Shown here: positions 51,381 through 59,445 of the stretch, piece after piece | How positions within the stretch are numbered: the first letter of the stretch is position 1 | Layout of the letters: every line of letters begins with the position of its first letter | Source of the DNA: Marinoscillum sp. | GTDB lineage: Bacteria > Bacteroidota > Bacteroidia > Cytophagales > Cyclobacteriaceae | Reading direction: 5' to 3' | Length of the DNA stretch: 64,000 nucleotides | Assembly (NCBI RefSeq): GCF_965229915.1 | Contig: NZ_CBDDJZ010000001.1 | Span: forward strand, 4,739,171 to 4,803,170 | Notes under the pieces: generated by a model | Told to the model about the DNA's origin: nothing | The model's input: only the letters and a program-made list of their open reading frames with translations | Database searches by the model: none | Program-made: the position numbers and the translations under genes

Positions 51381-51734
51381 TCACTTTTCACCTCTTTTCT
51401 TAATAATTGTTGAAAATATCTTGAGTAGTTCGTCAGCTTCCTGAATCAAACCATTTTTTTCATTTTCTAAATCTTGACGGTTAAAACACTCAATCAGTCT
51501 TAACCAATATTTCGTTTCTTAAGCTTCTTTCCTTGAAATCTTTATTCTATGCAAAAAGTATTTGTCACTTAAAGATTCATTAGCTTCAATATAATTTGCA
51601 CCAACCGATCCTGAAGACCTGACCACTTGCCTGGCATCTTCTCTATTGGCAATATCTTGCTCTATCTTTCTTGTAAACTCTCTAACCCTTTTTGCAAACA
51701 AATAAGTTCGTTCCTCTAAATCATATATCGGCGT
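51381..51734 (-). pseudogene. four-helix-bundle (IVS-type) protein pseudogene
   Basis: Frame reads TPIYDLEERTYLFAKRV...QVVRSSGSVGANYIEANE...RIKISRKEA*ETKYWLRLI...EADELLKIFSTII. There is an in-frame TAA at 51519-51521 and a TGA immediately upstream at 51735-51737, with no ATG. Confidence 0.85.
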
Positions 51735-51775
51735 TCACTTGTTATTTGTTTTTTTGATCCTTGGAGCTTAAACAT

Positions 51776-52108
51776 TTACATAAACCCAAGTTCCAACTTA
51801 GCTTCCTCAGACATCATGTCGGTCGCATAAGGAGGGTCAAAAGTGACCTCTACAGTTACATCATTGACACTTTCAAGGGCCTTTACATTCATTTCGATCT
51901 CACCAGGAATCTCTTCAGCTGAAGGGCAAGCTGGTGAAGTCAATGTCATCAAGATATGCACATTGTTCACTGGGAAAATATTGATCTCATAGATCAGACC
52001 CAGTTCATATACATCCACCGGAATTTCCGGATCGTATACATTTTTGATCGCCCTGACGATTTCTTCTTTCAGAGCAAGATCATTGTTGGTTGTATTTTCT
52101 TCTGCCAT
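51776..52108 (-). CDS. sufT: SUF system Fe-S assembly protein (DUF59/SufT)
   Basis: VYDPEIPVDVYELGLIY, MTLTSPACP, FDPPY...MMSEEAKLELG. Confidence 0.9.
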   Translation of the reverse strand: MAEENTTNNDLALKEEIVRAIKNVYDPEIPVDVYELGLIYEINIFPVNNVHILMTLTSPACPSAEEIPGEIEMNVKALESVNDVTVEVTFDPPYATDMMSEEAKLELGFM

Positions 52109-52110
52109 GA

Positions 52111-52545
52111 TTATGCGTCAGTTTGCGTTTTAGAACTTAAAGCCAAAGCATAGAGTTTCATTTGCTTGATCATCGCGGCAAAGCCGTTGGATCGCTGCGT
52201 ACCGATAAATCGATTCATCCCAATGTTTTCTGGAAACGTGATCTCTGCATTCATAATGTCATCGGCAGACTCACCATCCAGCACTCGAACGAGCAAGCTT
52301 ACCAGCCCTTTTGTGATGGCCGTATTGCTATCTGCTTCAAACCTGATATTACCAGAGTCCTCTGATGCCATCAACCATACTTTAGATTGGCAACCTTTCA
52401 CGATCGAATCGTCTGTTTTATTGGACTCATCCATTTCTGGAAGTTGTTCGCCAAGTTCCATGATGTAGTTGATGGTCATCTCCATGTCTCCATCGAGCAT
52501 GGAAAATTCCTCTACAATATCCTGTTGCTTTTCAGCTATACTCAT
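52111..52545 (-). CDS. sufE: cysteine desulfuration protein SufE
   Basis: VKGCQSKVW, ADSN..ITKGLV, QRSNG. Confidence 0.93.
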   Translation of the reverse strand: MSIAEKQQDIVEEFSMLDGDMEMTINYIMELGEQLPEMDESNKTDDSIVKGCQSKVWLMASEDSGNIRFEADSNTAITKGLVSLLVRVLDGESADDIMNAEITFPENIGMNRFIGTQRSNGFAAMIKQMKLYALALSSKTQTDA

Positions 52546-53777
52546 TTTCTAAATTTCTTTACAATGTCAGTAAGTGCTTCTGCAAAAGTCTCTACTTCTT
52601 CGATTGTATTGTAAACAGCAAATGATGCTCTCACCGTTCCATCAATTTGGAAATGATCCATTAGTGGTTGGGTGCAGTGATGTCCTGTCCTTACGGCTAT
52701 TCCCTTCGCATCCAGCCACATACCAAGGTCGAAAGGATGCACACCATCAATTAGGAAGGAAATGACACTAGCTTTGTTCTTTGCATTACCAATGGGTTGA
52801 AAACCATCAATTCCGAAGAGCAATTCTTTTCCCTTTTGAAGGAGTACTTGCTCCTGGCTATGGAGGAAATCAAAACCGATTTCGGTCATGAACTCTATTG
52901 CTGCCTTGAAAGCCACCACATCGGCAATATTGGGTGTCCCTGCCTCAAATTTGTAAGGAATGTCGTTGTAGGAAGTCCCATCAAAAGTCACCTCACGAAT
53001 CATTTCACCACCACCTTGATAAGGGTCCATTTTTTCTAAAAGCTGTCGCTTTCCGTACAAGACACCTACACCTGTCGGGCCGTACATTTTATGTGCAGAG
53101 AAAGCCAACCAGTCACAGTTCAAAGCGCGCACATCTATCTGATGATGAGGAGCTGCTTGTGCAGCGTCTACCAGCACTTTAGCTCCGACCTCATGAGCCA
53201 ATTGGATCATTTCAGGAACAGGATTGATCGTTCCTAAAGAATTAGAAATGTATACAGCTGAGACAATTTTCGTTCGCTCAGACAACAGCGACTCAAATTC
53301 ATCGATGGAGATCTCGCCATTCGCGTTCACTGGAATCACTTTCAATTTGGCTCCGGTTTGCTCACAAACCATTTGCCACGGCACGATATTGCTATGATGC
53401 TCCATTCCAGTGATCAGTACTTCATCACCTTCCTTCAGGAACTTACGTCCATAGGATTGAGCGACCAGATTGATACCTTCACTGGTCCCTTTAGTGAAGA
53501 TGATTTCTTCTACCTCGTTGGAATTGATGAACTGCTGTACCGCTTTTCTTGTCGCTTCAAACCCAGTTGTTGCTCGCTCCGCCAACGTATGAATTCCCCT
53601 GTGGATGTTGGCATTATCATTCTGATAATAATTCACCAACGCATCAATCACCACTTGCGGAGTTTGAGAAGTAGCCGCATTGTCAAAATAGATCAGCGGC
53701 TTTCCATTCACCTCCTGATTTAGAATGGGAAATTGCTTTCTAATCTCATTCACTGATATGTCAGTGGTGATACTCAT
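52542..53777 (-). CDS. sufS: cysteine desulfurase
   Basis: YFDNAATSQ, FSAHKMYGPTG, RTGHHCTQP (group II desulfurase). Confidence 0.96.
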   Translation of the reverse strand: MSITTDISVNEIRKQFPILNQEVNGKPLIYFDNAATSQTPQVVIDALVNYYQNDNANIHRGIHTLAERATTGFEATRKAVQQFINSNEVEEIIFTKGTSEGINLVAQSYGRKFLKEGDEVLITGMEHHSNIVPWQMVCEQTGAKLKVIPVNANGEISIDEFESLLSERTKIVSAVYISNSLGTINPVPEMIQLAHEVGAKVLVDAAQAAPHHQIDVRALNCDWLAFSAHKMYGPTGVGVLYGKRQLLEKMDPYQGGGEMIREVTFDGTSYNDIPYKFEAGTPNIADVVAFKAAIEFMTEIGFDFLHSQEQVLLQKGKELLFGIDGFQPIGNAKNKASVISFLIDGVHPFDLGMWLDAKGIAVRTGHHCTQPLMDHFQIDGTVRASFAVYNTIEEVETFAEALTDIVKKFRK

Positions 53778-55093
53778 TTCAGCTTGTTTAGAATAATTGC
53801 TTCTATTTCTTCTTTCACCAGGTCATTTTGTATCTCACCTAGTGCTTCGTTAGCTACGGCGTTAAGCAACAAAGCTTTGGCATTGGTTTTTTCAATTCCT
53901 CTGGATCTTAAATAAAAGATGGCCTCTTCATCTAGCTGGCCAGTAGTACATCCATGAGAACACTGCACATCATCAGCCCAAATCTCCAGTTGAGGTTTGG
54001 TATTGATTGTTGCGGCATCTGACAGCAAAATATTGTTGTTAGCCTGAAACGCATTCGTTTTCTGAGCATCAGGTCTTACATAGATCTTACCATTGAATAC
54101 GCCTCTGGAGTTTTCATCCAGTATTCCTTTATACATCTCGTTGGAGTAGGAGTGAGGCTTCAAATGATCTACTGAAGTATTGTTGTCAACATGAGCTTTG
54201 CCGCTCAATTGATACAAGCCGTTCATGTGTCCTTCACAGTTCTCGGCATCTATGTTGATGTAGATGTTGTTTCTGATCACTGCTGCATTGAAAGAGAATG
54301 TATTGGTGTAAAATCGAGAGTCCTTACTTTGGTGTGCGTAGATTCCTTCCACAGCATACGAGTTGTTCTCATAATTCTGAAGTTTCGTGAACCTCACCTC
54401 GGCATTGGCCTCTACTACTGATTCTACAATGGCAATATTGAGTGTATTGTTAACTCCAGAGAAGAAAGTCTTTTCGTAAATCCGTGTTCTTGAACCAGAA
54501 TCACCATACACGAATATACGTGGAAAGACCATCGCTTGGGCACTTGATCCATCAATGAACTGGTAGATATAGGTGTTTTTATTGTCAGCGTTTCTTTCAG
54601 ACTTGATCACCAATCCCTGATTGAAATATGCCAGGTTCAACGCTGCAAATGGATCAATCTGAGCGCCATTGATCTTGCCTAAGTTCTCTTTGAGTTGAGG
54701 GATTTCATTTAAAGCCTGCTCGTCAAGAACTCTGATGGTAAGCTCCGATGAAGGGCTTACCACTTGAGAATAGTCCTCAATGAACAAGCCATTGATAAAC
54801 ACCAAGTGGTTCGCATCGGCATCATCATAAAACTTTGCTTCGTAATCACTCTTTGACAGAGAGGCACTGTTTTCAACCTCCGAAAGGTCAAAGTTCTTCT
54901 CTATGATTTTAGTGATTGGCGTGTATTTGTAAGCCTCACTTTTTCTGGCAGGTAACCCAAGCTTTTTGAAAGTATCGGCACCTTCTTGCTTGATTCCCTT
55001 TAAGGTGTTTTGATCAGCATAGTGTTGATCTAACCAGCCGTCAAAGTTAGCTATGAATTGGTCGTCTATTGTTAGTACTTCACTCATCGTCAA
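53774..55093 (-). CDS. sufD: Fe-S cluster assembly protein SufD
   Basis: FNGKIYVRPDAQKTNAFQ, KPQLEIWADDVQCSHG, FYLRSRGI. Confidence 0.95.
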   Translation of the reverse strand: MTMSEVLTIDDQFIANFDGWLDQHYADQNTLKGIKQEGADTFKKLGLPARKSEAYKYTPITKIIEKNFDLSEVENSASLSKSDYEAKFYDDADANHLVFINGLFIEDYSQVVSPSSELTIRVLDEQALNEIPQLKENLGKINGAQIDPFAALNLAYFNQGLVIKSERNADNKNTYIYQFIDGSSAQAMVFPRIFVYGDSGSRTRIYEKTFFSGVNNTLNIAIVESVVEANAEVRFTKLQNYENNSYAVEGIYAHQSKDSRFYTNTFSFNAAVIRNNIYINIDAENCEGHMNGLYQLSGKAHVDNNTSVDHLKPHSYSNEMYKGILDENSRGVFNGKIYVRPDAQKTNAFQANNNILLSDAATINTKPQLEIWADDVQCSHGCTTGQLDEEAIFYLRSRGIEKTNAKALLLNAVANEALGEIQNDLVKEEIEAIILNKLK

Positions 55094-55097
55094 TTAC

Positions 55098-55853
55098 TTA
55101 TAGTGCAGCTACCTCTTCTTTGATCCAGTCGTATCCTTTGTTCTCCAGCTCCAGAGCTAGGGATTTGTCACCAGATTTTACAATTTTACCTTGATACAAT
55201 ACGTGGACAAAATCAGGAACTATATAGTCTAATAATCTTTGGTAGTGAGTCACCACCATGGTGGCATTGTCAGGTCTTTTAAGCTTATTTACTCCATCTG
55301 CCACAATCTTCAATGCATCGATATCCAAACCTGAATCGGTCTCATCAAGTATGGATAATTTGGGCTCCAACATGGCCATTTGGAAGATTTCATTTCTCTT
55401 TTTCTCACCACCAGAGAACCCTTCGTTGAGTGCTCTGCTAAGCAATGATTGGTCTATATCCACCAACTTCATTTTCTCCTTCATTTCCTTAAGGAATGAA
55501 ACAGCATCGAGCGCCTTTTGTCCTCTTGCTTCTCTCGTTTGATTTACAGCAGTCTTCAAAAAGTTGGTTGTAGATACACCAGGGATTTCCACTGGATATT
55601 GGAACGCCAGGAAAATGCCCTCGTGAGCTCGCTCTTCCGGCTCCAGCTCCAACAGATCTTTGCCTTCGAAGGTCACTGAGCCTGCTTCAATTTCATATTC
55701 TTCTCTACCGGCAAGTACGGAGGCCAAAGTACTTTTACCTGAACCATTTGGTCCCATGATGGCGTGTACTTCACCAGCTTTTACTTCCAGGTTGATACCT
55801 TTTAATATGTCCTTGCCTTCTACTGAGGCATGAAGATTCTCTATCTTTAACAT
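55098..55853 (-). CDS. sufC: Fe-S cluster assembly ATPase SufC
   Basis: [39 protein letters not shown]. Confidence 0.97.
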   Translation of the reverse strand: MLKIENLHASVEGKDILKGINLEVKAGEVHAIMGPNGSGKSTLASVLAGREEYEIEAGSVTFEGKDLLELEPEERAHEGIFLAFQYPVEIPGVSTTNFLKTAVNQTREARGQKALDAVSFLKEMKEKMKLVDIDQSLLSRALNEGFSGGEKKRNEIFQMAMLEPKLSILDETDSGLDIDALKIVADGVNKLKRPDNATMVVTHYQRLLDYIVPDFVHVLYQGKIVKSGDKSLALELENKGYDWIKEEVAAL

Positions 55854-55875
55854 GTTCTATTAAATGACTTTTTTC

Positions 55876-57321
55876 TTATCCAACACTGCCCTCTAGGGTA
55901 AGGGCTAACAACTTCTGAGCTTCCACAGCAAACTCCATCGGCAATTTGCTCATTACCTCCTTTGCAAATCCGTTCACAATCAATGCTACGGCACTTTCTT
56001 CATCGATACCTCGCTGCTGGCAGTAGAAGATTTGATCTTCACCAATCTTGGAGGTTGTTGCCTCATGCTCTACCTGAGCAGAATTATTCTCCACATCTAT
56101 GTAGGGGAAGGTGTGTGCACCACATTTGTCACCCATCAATAATGAGTCACATTGTGAGAAATTACGAGCGTTTTCAGCACGCTTCATGATGTGCACCTGT
56201 CCACGGTAGCTATTTTGCGATTTACCAGCGGAGATACCTTTGGAGACGATTCGAGATTTGGTGTTTTTACCAATGTGAATCATCTTGGTACCTGTATCTG
56301 CTTGCTGGAAGTTGTTAGTAACTGCAACAGAGTAGAATTCACCTTGAGAATTATCGCCTTTCAAGATACAAGATGGATACTTCCAGGTGACTGCAGATCC
56401 AGTTTCTACCTGAGTCCAGCTAATTTTGGAGTTGTCTCCATCACAGATTCCACGCTTAGTCACAAAGTTGTAGATACCACCTTTACCATTTTTATCTCCT
56501 GGGTACCAGTTCTGAACTGTAGAGTACTTTACTTCAGCATCTTTTGCCGCATAAATCTCTACCACTGCAGCATGCAGCTGGTTTTCATCTCTTTGTGGAG
56601 CGGTGCATCCTTCCAGATAGGACACGTACGAACCTTCCTCAGCTACGATGAGCGTTCGCTCGAACTGACCTGTATTTGCAGCGTTAATCCGGAAATAAGT
56701 AGAAAGCTCCATTGGACATCTCACTCCCGCTGGTATGTAACAGAAGGAGCCGTCAGAGAAGACTGCCGAGTTCAATGCCGCAAAGTAATTGTCAGTAGAT
56801 GGAACCACTGATCCCAAATACTTCTTCACCAACTCTGGATGTTCTTGCACTGCTTCACTGAAACTGCAGAAAATAATACCCAGTTCCGAAAGAGTCTCCT
56901 TAAAGGTCGTTGCAACAGATACAGAGTCTATAACAGCATCTACAGCTACTCCAGTAAGTCTTTTCTGTTCCGTTAGAGAAATACCAAGACGTTCGAAAGT
57001 TTTCAGTAACTCTGGATCTACTTCATCCAGACTTTTGGGCTTTTTCTCCTGCTTGGGAGCAGAATAGTATTTGACATCCTGATAGTCGATGGCCGGATAT
57101 TTTACGTTAGGCCATCTTGGTTCTTTCATCTCAGTCCAGCGCTTGTAGGCTTTGAGACGCCACTCAAGGAGCCATTCCGGCTCCTCTTTTTTGGCTGAGA
57201 TGAATCGAATGATATCTTCGTTGATCCCCTTCGGAGCTTCGTCAGCTTCAAAGTCTACAGACCAACCGTGTTCGTATTCTTTTGAGGTGAATTCCTCTAA
57301 TATTTGATCGTCTTTGCTCAT
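55876..57321 (-). CDS. sufB: Fe-S cluster assembly protein SufB
   Basis: [47 protein letters not shown]. Confidence 0.97.
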   Translation of the reverse strand: MSKDDQILEEFTSKEYEHGWSVDFEADEAPKGINEDIIRFISAKKEEPEWLLEWRLKAYKRWTEMKEPRWPNVKYPAIDYQDVKYYSAPKQEKKPKSLDEVDPELLKTFERLGISLTEQKRLTGVAVDAVIDSVSVATTFKETLSELGIIFCSFSEAVQEHPELVKKYLGSVVPSTDNYFAALNSAVFSDGSFCYIPAGVRCPMELSTYFRINAANTGQFERTLIVAEEGSYVSYLEGCTAPQRDENQLHAAVVEIYAAKDAEVKYSTVQNWYPGDKNGKGGIYNFVTKRGICDGDNSKISWTQVETGSAVTWKYPSCILKGDNSQGEFYSVAVTNNFQQADTGTKMIHIGKNTKSRIVSKGISAGKSQNSYRGQVHIMKRAENARNFSQCDSLLMGDKCGAHTFPYIDVENNSAQVEHEATTSKIGEDQIFYCQQRGIDEESAVALIVNGFAKEVMSKLPMEFAVEAQKLLALTLEGSVG

Positions 57322-57462
57322 ATAAGCTTTTGATTCTTACACTAGTGTTTAACAACTTACCGAGCAGTAAGTTTCGCAAAGTAAACACTTATTTATATCA
57401 GTTCTAAATAAGAATCCAATTAAAGCAACGATCTTACCTTATATAGGTATAAGTTCCGCTTA

Positions 57463-57924
57463 TCAGAACTTCAAATGTCGATTCAAGCTCTCTTCCAGAG
57501 AGATGAATGTCTCCGTGCGTTCAATTCCTTCTACCTTCTGAATCTTGTCATGAAGCACATCTTTTAGGTGCTTGGTATCTCGGCAGTGAATCTTGATGAA
57601 AATGTTGTAGTTACCAGTGGTGTAATGCACTTTCACAATTTCTGGGATGTCCTTCAATTGCTCTACTACTGCGTCATATAAAGATGACTTCTGTAAATAG
57701 ATCCCCATGAAGCAGGTAACGTCATATCCAAGTTTGGAATAATCCATCTGAAGAGTAGTGCCTCTAACCACACCCATCTCTTCGAGTTTTTTCATCCGTA
57801 CGTGTACAGTACCACCTGAAACAAAGACCTTTTTAGCCACTTCCGTGTATGGAATTTTGGCGTCTTCCATCAATAAATTGAGGATTTTCAGGTCTACATT
57901 GTCAATTTCGTAATTTTTACTCAT
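57463..57924 (-). CDS. asnC: Lrp/AsnC family regulator, AsnC-like
   Basis: GTVHVR, LGYDVTCFMGIYL, YTTGNYNIFIK..CR and KIQ...I..TETFI match the E. coli AsnC pattern as I recall it (LGYDVGCFIGIIL, YTTGHYSIFIK). Confidence 0.88.
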   Translation of the reverse strand: MSKNYEIDNVDLKILNLLMEDAKIPYTEVAKKVFVSGGTVHVRMKKLEEMGVVRGTTLQMDYSKLGYDVTCFMGIYLQKSSLYDAVVEQLKDIPEIVKVHYTTGNYNIFIKIHCRDTKHLKDVLHDKIQKVEGIERTETFISLEESLNRHLKF

Positions 57925-58006
57925 CTCAAAAAGTCCTATTTTCTAATAATGCAATATTATATATTCAATTTTAAATGACATCTAAATATTTACCAAATTT
58001 ATTAAA

Positions 58007-58041
58007 ATATTTTTAAAAATATATTCAGTATGTTAATTTTG
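58007..58041 (+). promoter_or_regulatory. Bacteroidota sigma-70 promoter of the tRNA-like RNA with an overlapping palindrome
   Basis: TAATTTTG (TAnnTTTG) at 58034-58041; perfect 16-bp palindrome ATATTTTTAAAAATAT at 58007-58022 over the -33 region. Confidence 0.6.
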
Positions 58042-58079
58042 AATCATCAAACAATCGCAAAGACGTTGCGAGCACATAC

Positions 58080-58228
58080 TGTAAGGTGATGAAATTGGCA
58101 GACATGCCCTCCTGTCTCGGGGGTGGAGATAAGGGATAAATCTCGATCTCACGATAAATTACTCCGGTAATTTATCGTGACCAGAGACTAACTGCTCCGT
58201 GGAGGTTCGAATCCTTCCCTTACAGCCA
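58080..58228 (+). tRNA. atypical tRNA-like RNA, anticodon GTC (Asp), 77-nt variable arm
   Basis: Acceptor TGTAAGG/CCTTACA, then G73 and CCA; D arm ATG-AAATTGGCAGA-CAT; anticodon arm CCCTC-CTGTCTC-GGGGG; T arm GGAGG-TTCGAAT-CCTTC. Confidence 0.75.
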
Positions 58229-58280
58229 TCATTTTTGGGTTAATGTTGTTTATTGTCCAAAGGACTCCTTTGGAGAATCT

Positions 58281-58312
58281 GGTCGAGGTAGGGGTGCCTC
58301 GACCTTTTTCTT
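58281..58312 (+). terminator. intrinsic terminator of the tRNA-like transcript
   Basis: GGTCGAGG-TAGGGGTG-CCTCGACC followed by TTTTTCTTTTT. Confidence 0.85.
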
Positions 58313-58620
58313 TTTATAGGCACCAGATCGTTAACTTGACAACTTTTTTATTTTTTGGTCCTGATCATATCGGATGAAGAATCAATTCTATATATCAATC
58401 TTTCATAATTTGTGATTCTACGGATCAATCCGAAAACCTGTGGTGTAATTGTATTTATTTGAGGACGGGCATTCGTTCATTTTAGGTTTTACAGGCGAAA
58501 ATTGGATTAACGAATAAATGACTGTCTGAGCCTTGGATGTTCTCAATTGATAGTGCGCAAACGAAATGGCGAGTTTCTTTTATTCGCCAATTTTTGATTG
58601 GAAAAGCGTTAATAAATGAA

Positions 58621-58700
58621 CGCAGCCCCGGGGCGCGCAGCCTAGATTTTTGCCGGTTCGCCGATGCGACTACTTTTCATCAATGGAAAAGTAGGAGGCC
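58621..58700. repeat. GC-rich palindromic REP/MITE-like element
   Basis: GCCCCGGGGC palindrome and a CTACTTTTC-ATCAATG-GAAAAGTAG hairpin (58670-58694) in AT-rich intergenic DNA; other genomic copies cannot be checked from this window. Confidence 0.45.
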
Positions 58701-58824
58701 ACTACCTTGAAACTCAGAGAAGGTTCAGTGCATTTAAGAGAAGAAAATTTCAACCCTGTCTCTCAAGTCAATCAGGCTTTAACTAATAAATATGTAAGTC
58801 GCCCCACAGAAAAATTGCTTGATC

Positions 58825-59039
58825 CCTTCTCAACTTTCTTAATAATTGTTTTTGTATTAGAAGAACTGCTCCGTGGAGGTTCTGCCGTAGGCATTCCTTC
58901 GGAAGAATCCTTCCCTTACAGCCATCATTTTTGGGTTAATGTTGTTTATTGTCCAAAGGACTCCTTTGGAGAATGCGACCGGCAAGGTCTGGTCGAGGCA
59001 CCTGTGCCTGGCTACGCGCCCCGAACCTTTTTCTTTTAT
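58825..59039 (+). repeat. copy 2 of the tRNA-like 3' half, trailer and terminator (attR-like scar)
   Basis: 58864-58882 is identical to 58190-58208, and 58905-58974 is identical to 58209-58278 (70 nt); there is a 22-nt insertion in the T-loop and a degenerate terminator follows. Confidence 0.93.
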
Positions 59040-59092
59040 TGCCTTTTGCATTTTCAGGTTCATTTGGAAACACCCAGGTTTCTTGAACTCGA

Positions 59093-59445
59093 CCTTCTCA
59101 ACTTTCTTAATAATTGCTTTCGTATTAGAAGAACTGCTCTGTAGAGGTTCTGCCGTAGGCATTCCTTCGGAAGAAATCGATCGAAGGCAGGATGTGCGGC
59201 ATGGAGGTGCGTAAGAGTAATCCTTCCCTTAGAGCCATCATTTTTGTGCATGTCTTGACAAACTTGCTTTGTCATGGTCTATGCTGTCAACTTTGTTCGT
59301 CAGCATTAATGTTGGTTATTGTCCAAAGGACTGCTTTGGAGAATGCGGTATGCTAGGTTTGGACGAGGTATGGCGCACGGCTAGTGGCGCACGGCTAGTG
59401 GTTGCATTAGCTACGCCCCGGAACAAGGCGTCCCCACTTTTTTAT
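59093..59445 (+). repeat. copy 3 (more decayed) of the tRNA-like 3' module
   Basis: Shares a 39-nt upstream arm with copy 2 (37/39 identical, offset 268 nt), the same 22-nt T-loop insert, TCCTTCCCTTAGAGCCATCATTTTTG and TTATTGTCCAAAGGACTGCTTTGGAGAAT, with extra insertions. Confidence 0.88.

Noticed and set aside
58080-58228. tmRNA or tRNA-Sec
   Set aside because: There is no G3:U70 Ala acceptor or tag ORF and it is too short for tmRNA; the anticodon is GTC, not TCA, and the arms lack the Sec 8/5 fold.
58190-59445. CRISPR array
   Set aside because: The repeats are long (over 90 nt), only three, degenerate and tRNA-derived; spacing is irregular and there are no cas genes.
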